Virus record (IMG/VR): IMGVR_UViG_3300005529_000003
Coordinates: 1 to 64,000 of that record
Strand: one strand, 5' to 3'
Source: a virus
Length of the DNA: 64,000 bases
Shown here one piece after another: positions 1 to 8,345 of the stretch. Below the pieces are notes generated by a model, which was given only the letters and a program-made list of their open reading frames with translations, was not told the DNA's origin and did no database searches. The translations under genes were made by a program, and so were the position numbers. Every line of letters starts with the position of its first letter. The first letter of the stretch is position 1.

Positions 1-1
1 A

Positions 2-898
2 GAACTGGAATGGCAACATCCTACTGACTTAAAATTCTACCCAGACTACGAAGGTCCACTCGTAGAGTTTTCTTCCAAGTCTATGAGTGCTGTTTCAACT
101 CCCGATCATCGATGGTTGGTAACAGATAAGACTACAGGAAAAGACGTCTGCAAACTAACATCTGAGATTTCACCTGCCGGCCATCATACTATTCACCGGA
201 CTGGAAAATATTTCGGCTCTTACGTCGAATGCTTTTCAAATGATTTCGTTGAGCTTGCCGGATGGTTTCTTACCGACGGTAGTTGCTCTCTAATTCCTCG
301 AAAGAGAGTTCAACATCAACCTCGCGTGATTCTATGCCAGAGCGAAAGAGGTAATCCAGAGAAAGTCAAAAGGATTGAAGACTTGATTCTTCGCATGGAT
401 ATACTGTCCTCTAAGTATCGACAGTCGCAAGGAGGGGTCGTCTGGTATTTGAAATCCTCTATGGCAAAGAAACTGCATACTCTCTTTCCAAACAGGACCT
501 TAACTCCCGACTTTCTTCTATCTCTGAAGAAGGAGCAACTTCATCTCCTATTAAACACCATGATAGATGGGGACGGGTGTCGATCGGGTGGAGAAATCAC
601 CTTTGCCTGCAAAGAAAAGGAACGATCAGACATGTTCCAGTTCCTATGTACTCTTTGTGGGTACGCAAGCAAGGCGACTTGGAGAGACATGTCTATGTAT
701 ACTCCTCGCTCTCCTAAGATAAACAACATTCCTAACATGACTGGTTACTGGTATGTAAGGGTACTGAAGCGAGATAAGGCTCAGATTACCGTTTCTCAAC
801 GTCGTGAGTTTACTGATAAGCGTCCTATCTGGTGCCCTATGGTTCCGAATACCTATTTCGTTGCTCGTCGTAATGAAAAGGTTTACATCACTGGCAAC
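2..898 (+). mobile_element. Intein with LAGLIDADG homing endonuclease in PolA
   Basis: Block B STPDHRW; LAGLIDADG-like LAGWFLTDGS and LLNTMIDGDG; C-terminal IWCPMVPNTYFVARRNEKVYITGN followed by Thr at 899. Confidence 0.9.
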
Positions 899-1138
899 AC
901 GAGGTTCCAGGCCCTCGCTGCTGATGGTATCAAACTGGCGATGTGGCGGCTTCTTTCAGAAGGCTTCAATATCGTTGCCATGATCCACGACGAACTCGTT
1001 GTGGAGTTGGAATCCTCAAGAGCCGACATACTCGCAGAACGAGTACAGAAGCTCATGCAGGATTCCATGTCTGAAGTTCTTGGGCATACTGTGCCCATCT
1101 CTACAGAGTTTCACGTCGCTGACTGCTGGACTAAGTGA
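2..1138 (+). CDS. polA: DNA polymerase family A, C-terminal part, containing an intein (5' truncated by window edge)
   Basis: Frame is open from nt 2. After the intein: TRFQALAADGIKLAM and IHDELVVE (PolA motif C), ending in the typical W-containing C-terminus. Confidence 0.9.
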   Translation, partial: ELEWQHPTDLKFYPDYEGPLVEFSSKSMSAVSTPDHRWLVTDKTTGKDVCKLTSEISPAGHHTIHRTGKYFGSYVECFSNDFVELAGWFLTDGSCSLIPRKRVQHQPRVILCQSERGNPEKVKRIEDLILRMDILSSKYRQSQGGVVWYLKSSMAKKLHTLFPNRTLTPDFLLSLKKEQLHLLLNTMIDGDGCRSGGEITFACKEKERSDMFQFLCTLCGYASKATWRDMSMYTPRSPKINNIPNMTGYWYVRVLKRDKAQITVSQRREFTDKRPIWCPMVPNTYFVARRNEKVYITGNTRFQALAADGIKLAMWRLLSEGFNIVAMIHDELVVELESSRADILAERVQKLMQDSMSEVLGHTVPISTEFHVADCWTK

Positions 1139-1186
1139 AGTCCGCAAGCGACAATTTTACTTAACGAAAGAAAGGTCTTTCAAACA

Positions 1187-1480
1187 GTGTCTACTTCTAC
1201 TTCTACGACGACTCGTGCATCTCGCGCCTCGAAGGTCAACACCACCCAGGCCGCGGAGATGCTCGGCGTCCAGACTCGCACCTTCAAGCGGATCTGCGAG
1301 CGCGAGGGCATCACCCCCATCGCCTACGAGGGCGGTGCAATCTTCTACAAGCGGTCTGATGTCAACCGGCTGATCCGCCTGCGTGCGAAGGCTGCAAGAA
1401 CCGCCCGCCCCGCTCGCTCGACCGCGAATACGAACAACTCGACGCCGCATCCCTTCCATGCTACTCCGTCGATGTTCTGA
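1187..1480 (+). CDS. HTH DNA-binding protein (MerR/excisionase-like)
   Basis: NTTQAAEMLGVQTRTFKR...FYKRSDV pattern. Confidence 0.7.
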   Translation: MSTSTSTTTRASRASKVNTTQAAEMLGVQTRTFKRICEREGITPIAYEGGAIFYKRSDVNRLIRLRAKAARTARPARSTANTNNSTPHPFHATPSMF

Positions 1481-1497
1481 GATTGACGAAGTTCGTT

Positions 1498-1619
1498 CCC
1501 GAGAACAGGTTCGCACAGCGTAATTCGCGTACAAGTTTCCATCCGCGACTAAACGCAAGCTCTAAGAAGTCGTCGAAGGCCCGGAGCGCTTTCAGAGGTT
1601 GATTCACCTCTTCTCGGCA
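1498..1619 (+). ncRNA. Degenerate expanded tRNA-like element
   Basis: CCGAGA/TCTCGG acceptor-like stem, AGAGG-TTGATTCA-CCTCT T-like arm, GCGACT/AGTCGT and GAAGGC/GCTTTC stems. Confidence 0.4.
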
Positions 1620-1636
1620 CGATACACACGATTTTT

Positions 1637-1693
1637 AGAACGCCAACAGCAACTTCTTAAAACAATCTCCAATGTTGTGCCCACGGCGTTCTG
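1637..1693 (+). ncRNA. ACAGCA-motif small RNA (distal copy)
   Basis: AGAACGCC-AACAGCAAC...GGCGTTCT-G, the same architecture as the copies at 29.6-30.8 kb. Confidence 0.7.
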
Positions 1694-1872
1694 TTGTTCT
1701 TTTAGTCGTCAACAGCTTCACGGCGGTTGATAAGATGTCGCAAGAAACAGGAGATGAAAAGATTGTGACATTGAGGTGAGTCACCATTAACCACAACTGC
1801 TCCGTTCGTTCATTCGACGAGGCACTCCTGGACGACTAAACTCATCCCCTCCGTTGCTTTGGCGGCGGAGTA

Positions 1873-2077
1873 GACGTCTGCGGCGTGGACAGCGTAGCGA
1901 GAAGTTCTGACCTTCTCGAATGGTACACGCGGTAGTGTAGTTGGGCTAATTGATCGCAGGGTCATCAAGCAGTCCTGGGACTCTCATGTCGAGCTTGAAT
2001 CTGACTACTTGCCAAAACAACAACACAAGAACTATGTTCATGAACTTGTGAGTCGGTGCAATTCCGATCGGACGTCT
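1873..2077 (+). ncRNA. About 205-nt tRNA-like RNA with expanded D, anticodon and variable arms
   Basis: GACGTCT/GGACGTC 7-bp stem, GCGTG/CACGC D stem, GTCGG-TGCAATT-CCGAT T arm, CACAAG/CTTGTG arm. Confidence 0.65.
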
Positions 2078-2086
2078 TTTACTTAC

Positions 2087-2238
2087 GCGGGTATAGCTCA
2101 GTTGGTTAGAGCGCGTGACTGATAATCACGAGGTCGGGCGCTGATCCCATAACGGAATTGATCACCTGTTATGAATCTAGGCGGCTACTATGAGGCATAT
2201 GACTCACAAGTAGATTGGTTCGACTCCCCCTACCCGCT
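2087..2238 (+). tRNA. tRNA-Ile(GAT) with a 78-nt insertion in the T stem
   Basis: GCGGGTA/TACCCGC acceptor, canonical D arm, CGTGA-CTGATAA-TCACG, GGG[2139-2216]GG-TTCGACT-CCCCC. Confidence 0.85.
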
Positions 2239-2245
2239 TTAAGAG

Positions 2246-2432
2246 TTTGGTGTGCGAAACGGAAAACGTAAACGTACCGACTTTCATTTTCATTCGTGTT
2301 TCTCGTCGAGCCCAAAGGATCGTGACACGGCCGATCACGACGAGAAACGAATACGAACGAACATGTTAACCCCGGAGCGGCCTAGAAGTCGGGAAGTATC
2401 GCCGCTTGAAGGTTCAACTCCTTCCACCAAAC
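2246..2432 (+). tRNA. tRNA-Leu(TAG)-like gene with a 99-nt insertion in the anticodon loop
   Basis: TTTGGTG/CACCAAA acceptor, GAAGG-TTCAACT-CCTTC T arm, CCGAC-TT[2284-2382]TAG-AA-GTCGG, long variable arm. Confidence 0.65.
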
Positions 2433-2469
2433 TCTTTTCTTTCTCTTGTTCTCTATTGCGAAAGACCTA

Positions 2470-2649
2470 ATGAAAAGTCTCCTTTCCTTCCTTGGTGGCA
2501 AGAAGGCATATATCGGGGCTGTTGGCCTCGCCCTCGTTGCCCTCTTCCAGTACCTCAACGGCGATATGATGATCGCCTCGACGACGCTCTCCCAGGCAAT
2601 CAGTCTTGCTGGGCTGCGCCACGAGTTGCAGAAGACAACGTCAGCGTGA
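2470..2649 (+). CDS. Small membrane protein, holin-like
   Basis: GKKAYI followed by two hydrophobic segments and a GLRH tail; 59 aa. Confidence 0.5.
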   Translation: MKSLLSFLGGKKAYIGAVGLALVALFQYLNGDMMIASTTLSQAISLAGLRHELQKTTSA

Positions 2650-2772
2650 GTCTTTGATTCACTCACGCCGACGCGAGAGTCGCGTGGCTGCGGTCGAGTG
2701 GTCCACACCTCCTCCCACGACGCCGCATAGAAGCAGATCTGAGTGTGAATCTCAAGAGCGCGACTTCTCGAT

Positions 2773-3000
2773 TTACTTTCTGTAACCTTTTCCGTCCACA
2801 TCGAGGTTGCGCTTTGGCTGCTTGTTGGTAATCTGAATATGCAGGGTGACATCTCCGACTGCGTGTGTTAAGCCCCAGTCGTCTTTCAACAAAGCAAGCA
2901 ACTCCTTGCAGAAGTCCTCTGGTGTGAACTCTCCGAGAAGATCGTAAGCGGCGTCAGAACCGCCGACCTCGTCCTCGACCCACGCTTCCACTTCAATCAC
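2773..3000 (-). CDS. Hypothetical protein (probable GTG start near 3000)
   Basis: Fills the gap between genes, with an AGGAG upstream on the minus strand. Confidence 0.4.
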   Translation of the reverse strand: MIEVEAWVEDEVGGSDAAYDLLGEFTPEDFCKELLALLKDDWGLTHAVGDVTLHIQITNKQPKRNLDVDGKGYRK

Positions 3001-3015
3001 GACGGACTCCTCTTT

Positions 3016-3903
3016 ATGAGTGATGTTAGTAACTGCTACTTGCTGGACCGTCCTGCGCGCATCGCCTTCTCTGGCGGCAGGACGAGCGGGTACATGCTCT
3101 ACCACGTCCTCCAGGCTTTCGGAGGAGTTCTACCTGACGACGTTCTAGTTACCTTCGCCAACACAGGCAAGGAGAGGGAAGAAACTTTACAGTTCGTCCA
3201 CGAATGCCAGAAGAGGTGGAACGTCTCTGTTCGCTGGATCGAGTACTGCCGCACACAGGCTCCTGTAGTTACGAAGAGCGGCAAGATCGGCTGTCATGGC
3301 TTCAAGGAAGTAGACTTCCACACAGCTTCGCGAAACGGCGAGCCCTTCGAGCAGATCATCGACGTCAAGGCAGAGTATCGACGTCTTTACAAGGAAGAGC
3401 CGCCGATCCTACCGAACGTGCCACAGAGGTACTGCACGGCCGAACTCAAGCAGCGGTCGATGAAGCGGTTCATGAAAGCCCTCGGCTTCGATGAGTACAC
3501 CGTCGCCATTGGTATTCGCCATGACGAACACTCGAGGATCGCCAAGCTCAAGGCCCTTAACGATTCGACAGAAGAGTACGTCGCTCCTCTAAACTCCGCG
3601 AAGGTCACAGAAGAGGACGTGATGAACTTCTGGGCCTCACAGCCCTTCGACCTTCAGCTACAGTCCTACGAGGGCAACTGCGACTTCTGTTTCCTCAAGA
3701 GCAAGGCGAAGATCTTCCGTCTGGCTGAGGAGCGCCCTGAAGGACTCGAGTGGTGGAGTCGTATGGAGCAGAAGACGGGGCAAACGTTTCGTAGAGACAG
3801 GCCGACTTACACCGACCTCAAAAACAAGAAGGTCGAGCTTCCGCTCTTCGCTGCGGCTGTTGCTTGCAACGATGATCAGGACACTTGCTTCTGTACCGAT
3901 TGA
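3016..3903 (+). CDS. PAPS reductase family (PP-loop) phage protein
   Basis: FSGGRTSGYM, FANTGKE, RYCTAELK, GIRHDE, GNCDFCFLK, C-terminal CFCTD. Confidence 0.85.
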   Translation: MSDVSNCYLLDRPARIAFSGGRTSGYMLYHVLQAFGGVLPDDVLVTFANTGKEREETLQFVHECQKRWNVSVRWIEYCRTQAPVVTKSGKIGCHGFKEVDFHTASRNGEPFEQIIDVKAEYRRLYKEEPPILPNVPQRYCTAELKQRSMKRFMKALGFDEYTVAIGIRHDEHSRIAKLKALNDSTEEYVAPLNSAKVTEEDVMNFWASQPFDLQLQSYEGNCDFCFLKSKAKIFRLAEERPEGLEWWSRMEQKTGQTFRRDRPTYTDLKNKKVELPLFAAAVACNDDQDTCFCTD

Positions 3904-4042
3904 TGAATAAACGACTCTTCCCTTTGCTGGTCGCGGCCGTCTGGTGATGTGGAGAAGACGGAAACCGGAACTCCGTTGTCGTTACTTTCATAGAGTAAGC
4001 GGCGTAATTATCCGTTAGCTTGATGAAAGGAAACCGGGTTAA

Positions 4043-4112
4043 CGCGGGAGGGCGTAGTGCTCAATCGAGTCTCATAAACTCGAAATGCTTGGTGCGACTC
4101 CAAGGCCCGCGA
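4043..4112 (+). tRNA. tRNA with CAT anticodon (Met or Ile2) and a shortened D arm
   Basis: CGCGGG/CCCGCG acceptor, CGAGT-CTCATAA-ACTCG, CTTGG-TGCGACT-CCAAG. Confidence 0.7.
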
Positions 4113-4144
4113 TTTCTTTTAATCTCGTCTTCAACGAAAGAATC

Positions 4145-4489
4145 ATGTACACGCTCAAACACAAAACCGACAAGGCGAAAGCGACTCCCGCTGTCAGTGG
4201 GAAGTACGCGATCCCCACAGGGCCTCGCGTCAACACGAAGGACATGAAGGACGGGGACATCGGCCTTATCCTCTGGAGTAGTGCGACAAGCGATAAGGTT
4301 GATTACAACATCATCCTTCGCACACCGACCTTCTTCGTCTCCCTGGACAATCCACAGCGCACATGGAGCAACGCGAGCAACCTCCCTGGTAACGGACCTG
4401 ATCTCCTTGTCGCTCTCTACGTCCCTGGCGACGAGTTGACGCTCACACCACTCGATTTCGTTCTTCCTTCTTCAGAAAAGAAAGCGTAA
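4145..4489 (+). CDS. Hypothetical protein, paralog 1 of 3 (SH3/KOW-like)
   Basis: DMKDGDIGLIL...ILRT, shared with the next two ORFs. Confidence 0.6.
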   Translation: MYTLKHKTDKAKATPAVSGKYAIPTGPRVNTKDMKDGDIGLILWSSATSDKVDYNIILRTPTFFVSLDNPQRTWSNASNLPGNGPDLLVALYVPGDELTLTPLDFVLPSSEKKA

Positions 4490-4496
4490 TCCTCCT

Positions 4497-4883
4497 GTGT
4501 TCCTCACGACAAAGATTCATCCGCCCGCCCAACCGCCGCTCAAAGTCTCTGACCTGAAAATCGGCGATCTCGCCATACTCCACGAAGGGCCTCATGCGGG
4601 CGTCGTCGCCATTCGAGTTTACGATCGCCTGCTAATTCTTGATCCCTCGCTCAAGGCTTACCTCGTTTGCCCTGGAGACACGACAGCACAGAACTGGACG
4701 TGCCGGCGCTTCGACAAGGGGGAGAAGGTCTTGCTCACAATCAAGAGTGAGAAGGTTACTCCAGTTCCTCCCGTCACGAACAACACAACTACGGCTGCAA
4801 AAGTTTCTTCTTTAGAGATCGACTGGGACAAGCTCAAGTCGTTACTCAACAAGCCGCTTTTCCCTGATTCCCTTAGCTTCTAA
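4497..4883 (+). CDS. Hypothetical protein, paralog 2 of 3
   Basis: DLKIGDLAIL...RVYDRL...KGEKVLLT. Confidence 0.6.
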   Translation: MFLTTKIHPPAQPPLKVSDLKIGDLAILHEGPHAGVVAIRVYDRLLILDPSLKAYLVCPGDTTAQNWTCRRFDKGEKVLLTIKSEKVTPVPPVTNNTTTAAKVSSLEIDWDKLKSLLNKPLFPDSLSF

Positions 4884-4900
4884 CAAGAAAGAACAACACC

Positions 4901-5152
4901 ATGTACACGCTCGACGCCAAGACCAACACCCCTCCCAAGTCCATTCCCGCCTCTCAGATGAAGCGAGGCGACCTGGCCGTCCTCCTCGCAGGCAATGGTG
5001 AGTTCCTCGGTCACATCCTTCTCCGGACCTACGATCGGCTCATCAGCCTGACTTCACCGCAGACTGGCTCCTGGGTTAACCCCGAGAATATCCATACTCT
5101 CTCCGTTCGTCTGCTCGAGAAGGGCGAGGAAGTCGTTCTGACGTCTTGCTAA
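4901..5152 (+). CDS. Hypothetical protein, paralog 3 of 3
   Basis: QMKRGDLAVL...RTYDRL...KGEEVVLT. Confidence 0.6.
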   Translation: MYTLDAKTNTPPKSIPASQMKRGDLAVLLAGNGEFLGHILLRTYDRLISLTSPQTGSWVNPENIHTLSVRLLEKGEEVVLTSC

Positions 5153-5195
5153 ACCACTCTCCCTTCCGCCTTATTTCCGGAGTCCACCCCCACCC

Positions 5196-7274
5196 ATGAC
5201 CTCTGCCGCATCTTCTCCATCTACTTGCTCGTCGAGCGCGTCCTCTGCTTCTTCTAGTTCGACGACTTCTTCGCGTACTCAACCGTTCGCGGATTTTTCG
5301 GAGAGGGCGGCGGCGATCACGCTCCGGACGTACTGTCGTCAACTCGATGCCGACGACGAGTCAAAAGGCTTCGAGACGTGGAATCAGGTCATCCGTCGTT
5401 CGACGTTCGACCACCACCTCCGTCTCTGGGAAGAAGCAGGTGGTAAGCCCGTCAAGCGAGAACTTGAGGAGCTAACGCAACTCGGACTCCAGAGAAAGTC
5501 CCTCGTCGCCGGCCGTACGCTTTTCCTTGGCGGTACGCCTTATGCCTATGAACGCGCCTGTTGCAACTTCAACTGCTGTTACTCTCCTGTCGAGTCCATC
5601 TATGACGTTGTTGACGTCGCCTGGCTCCTCCTTAACGGCTGCGGTGTAGGCTTCCGCCCTCAAGTCGGTGTTCTCCACGGTTACGTCGGTGGCCCCCCTG
5701 AACTGATCCTTGTTCCCTCACTCAAGCAGGCCCAGGAGAAGGGCAATCCGCTTAACGTAGAGACAAAGCCAAATGACTCGAACGGATGGACGTGGACGCT
5801 GAAGGTCGGAGACTCCGCGGAATCGTGGGCGAAGCTCTTCGGTAAACTTCTCGCCGGCTATGCCTATAAAGCCCGTAAACTCGTTGTCGACTTCTCTGAG
5901 ATTCGAGGACCTGGAGGGCGTCTCCGCGGCTACGGCTGGATCTGCAACGGGTATACGCCCCTCGCCGACGCCATCACCAAGATCCACGCCCTCCTCGTTA
6001 AGAAGGCGGGGAATCTGCTCGACGAGATCGACATTCTCGACCTCGTGAACTTTCTTGGCGAGATTCTGTCATCCCGGAGGAGCGCTCAGATCGCTCTTCT
6101 CGACGCCTCGAATCCTCTGGCCGAAGAATTCTCCAGGGCGAAGCACGAGTACTGGCTCCACAATCCTCAACGCCGACAGTCCAACAACACGGAGATGTTC
6201 TGGTCCAAACCGTCGTTGAAGAAGATCCTGGAACTGGTATACGCGGCTGACGAGTGCGGAGGCGATCCTGGCATCATGAACGCGGAAGCCGCTCGACGAA
6301 AGGCTCCGTGGTTCACCGGAGCAAATCCGTGCCTTGAGATCCTTTTAGGGCGTTTTTGCAATCTGGTTACGAACTCACTTCCCCGATTCAAGCGGGACTT
6401 CTCTGCACTTGAGCGGGCTGTATACATCATCGCCAGGGCGAACTATCGCCAGGCGTGTGTCAACCTTCGCGATACAATCCTCCAACCCCACTGGCACCAG
6501 ACGAACGAAGCCCTGCGGCTTTGCGGCGTCTCCGTGACTGGTGTAGTTCAGGCCGACTGGATGACTGACTATCAGGTGCGGAAGCTGAAGAACTCGGCCG
6601 TTCTTGGGGCTTACTCAATGGCAGACGAACTGAGTCTGCCGCGACCAAAGGCTGTCACTTGTATCAAGCCTGAAGGCACCGGGTCGAAGTGCATGGGATC
6701 GTCGGACGTCGGTGAAATTGCTGAAGGCGTTCATCGTCCTTTAGGTCGATACATTCATAATTGGGTTAACTTCAGCGTTCATGATCCCATGATGCCGCTC
6801 TTCCGCTCCGCGGGGTATCGCGTTATGACCAACCCGCAAGATAGGAATAACGAACTCGTGTGCTTTCCTGTCAAGTATGACGGCATCAAGTTTGACTCAG
6901 CGAATGGTAAGGAAGTAAATCTCGAGCCTGCGGTTAAGCAGCTAGATCGGTACTTGCGGTGGAATAACCTATGGGCAGAACACACAGTAAGTGTCACTGT
7001 TTCTTACTCACCAGAAGAACTTCCCGAAATCGCTCATTGGATTGACGCGAATTGGGACAACGGCTTCATCGCTGTCTCTCTTCTCCGAAGGAACGACCCC
7101 ACCAAGACTGCCAAGGACCTAGGGCACAGCTATTTGCCGCAGGAAGTAGTAACTAGAGAAGAGTACGAGTCTTACAAGAACTCCTTGAAGCCTGTTGATT
7201 TCTCTAAACTCTCTGGAGCTGTCTTTGATCTATCTGTCGAAGATTGCCCGAAAGGTGTATGTGCTGTTCGATAA
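5196..7274 (+). CDS. nrdJ: Class II adenosylcobalamin-dependent ribonucleotide reductase (monomeric RTPR type)
   Basis: FNCCY, LLNGCGVGF, GANPCLEI, TCIKPEGT, C-terminal CPKGVC. Confidence 0.9.
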   Translation: MTSAASSPSTCSSSASSASSSSTTSSRTQPFADFSERAAAITLRTYCRQLDADDESKGFETWNQVIRRSTFDHHLRLWEEAGGKPVKRELEELTQLGLQRKSLVAGRTLFLGGTPYAYERACCNFNCCYSPVESIYDVVDVAWLLLNGCGVGFRPQVGVLHGYVGGPPELILVPSLKQAQEKGNPLNVETKPNDSNGWTWTLKVGDSAESWAKLFGKLLAGYAYKARKLVVDFSEIRGPGGRLRGYGWICNGYTPLADAITKIHALLVKKAGNLLDEIDILDLVNFLGEILSSRRSAQIALLDASNPLAEEFSRAKHEYWLHNPQRRQSNNTEMFWSKPSLKKILELVYAADECGGDPGIMNAEAARRKAPWFTGANPCLEILLGRFCNLVTNSLPRFKRDFSALERAVYIIARANYRQACVNLRDTILQPHWHQTNEALRLCGVSVTGVVQADWMTDYQVRKLKNSAVLGAYSMADELSLPRPKAVTCIKPEGTGSKCMGSSDVGEIAEGVHRPLGRYIHNWVNFSVHDPMMPLFRSAGYRVMTNPQDRNNELVCFPVKYDGIKFDSANGKEVNLEPAVKQLDRYLRWNNLWAEHTVSVTVSYSPEELPEIAHWIDANWDNGFIAVSLLRRNDPTKTAKDLGHSYLPQEVVTREEYESYKNSLKPVDFSKLSGAVFDLSVEDCPKGVCAVR

Positions 7275-7295
7275 TGCCTGGTAGAAAGTAAGTAA

Positions 7296-7592
7296 ATGCC
7301 TCCAAAGAAACGCGACCTCGACGGCACGGAGCGGAGGGAAGCACAGGACTTCCCCCGCTTCTGTGAAGTGCATCCAGGAGCAGACTACACGCCCGACGAG
7401 ACGGAGTTCATGCTCACGATGCACGAGTACAAGAAGAAGAACCAGCGGCCTTTCCCGACGTGGAGAGAAGTGCTGCACGTTCTCTACTGGCTCGGCTATC
7501 GCAAGGTCGCTCAGCCAGGACCTCCCCCGAAAATCAACGAGCAAGACCGCCCTCTTAACTTCTCTGCATCCTCTTCTCTAGACCTGGAGTAA
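7296..7592 (+). CDS. Conserved hypothetical protein resembling a planctomycete family
   Basis: DYTPDETEFM...EYKKKNQRPFPTWREVLHVLYWLGYRK. Confidence 0.6.
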   Translation: MPPKKRDLDGTERREAQDFPRFCEVHPGADYTPDETEFMLTMHEYKKKNQRPFPTWREVLHVLYWLGYRKVAQPGPPPKINEQDRPLNFSASSSLDLE

Positions 7593-7972
7593 TGACTGTG
7601 GACTTCGACGAATACCAGCAACACGCCGATCGCACCAGCGCCCGCAGAGGCTTCACGCTTTACAACACTGAACCTCCTCTCACCCCAGAAAAGAACTTCT
7701 CCTTCGTCACCCGCCTTGCAGCAGCCGGCCTGGGACTCGTTGGAGAGGGAGGCGAGGTATCGGAGCATTTGAAAAAGTGGCTAACGCACGGCCATTCTCT
7801 CAATGCTCAAGTGATTGAGAAAGAGCTTGGTGATGTTCTCTATTACATCGCTGAGATTGCTACGACGTTAAATCTTTCTCTGAATTCAATCGCAGAGAAT
7901 AACATCGATAAGCTCAGGAAACGGTACGGCGAGAAATTCTCGACCGAGAAGTCTATCAACCGCAAAGAGTAA
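7592..7972 (+). CDS. MazG-like NTP pyrophosphohydrolase
   Basis: GLVGEGGEVSE, ELGDVLYY, NIDKLRKRY. Confidence 0.9.
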   Translation: MTVDFDEYQQHADRTSARRGFTLYNTEPPLTPEKNFSFVTRLAAAGLGLVGEGGEVSEHLKKWLTHGHSLNAQVIEKELGDVLYYIAEIATTLNLSLNSIAENNIDKLRKRYGEKFSTEKSINRKE

Positions 7973-7979
7973 AACATCA

Positions 7980-8345
7980 ATGCCAATTTATACAGACGAC
8001 GACGGCATCCTCGTTATCGACCCCTACGACAACGACGTCCTTTTTGTACGCACTGATCGACACGACGAGGACTCTTCTGAACAGGGGATCGCCATCTGTC
8101 TTATTCCAGCAGAAAAGAAAGATGACGACTCTGTCTCGTGCAAACCGGGCGTCTCCTTGAAGGAGGCGGGGTGTAAGGCCCTCATCATCTTGCCCTCCGT
8201 GGAAGATGCCGTCATCCTCCTCGAGCAAGTCACGAACTGTCTTACGGATCTCTGCAAGCTCGGCTCTTATTCTTCAGAGTCAGAAGAAGACGAAGAAGAA
8301 GTAGAAGAACCTTCTTCAGCGACAACGAGCGATACTCCGACATGA
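7980..8345 (+). CDS. Hypothetical acidic protein
   Basis: Tightly packed in the operon, with phage-like codon use. Confidence 0.6.
   Translation: MPIYTDDDGILVIDPYDNDVLFVRTDRHDEDSSEQGIAICLIPAEKKDDDSVSCKPGVSLKEAGCKALIILPSVEDAVILLEQVTNCLTDLCKLGSYSSESEEDEEEVEEPSSATTSDTPT

Noticed and set aside
2139-2382. Group I/II or archaeal BHB introns in the tRNAs
   Set aside because: Inserts of 78 and 99 nt are too short, lack a terminal G or group II ends, and I could not form a convincing bulge-helix-bulge.
2252-2470. 72-aa ORF
   Set aside because: It overlaps the tRNA-Leu-like structure entirely and has no coding features.
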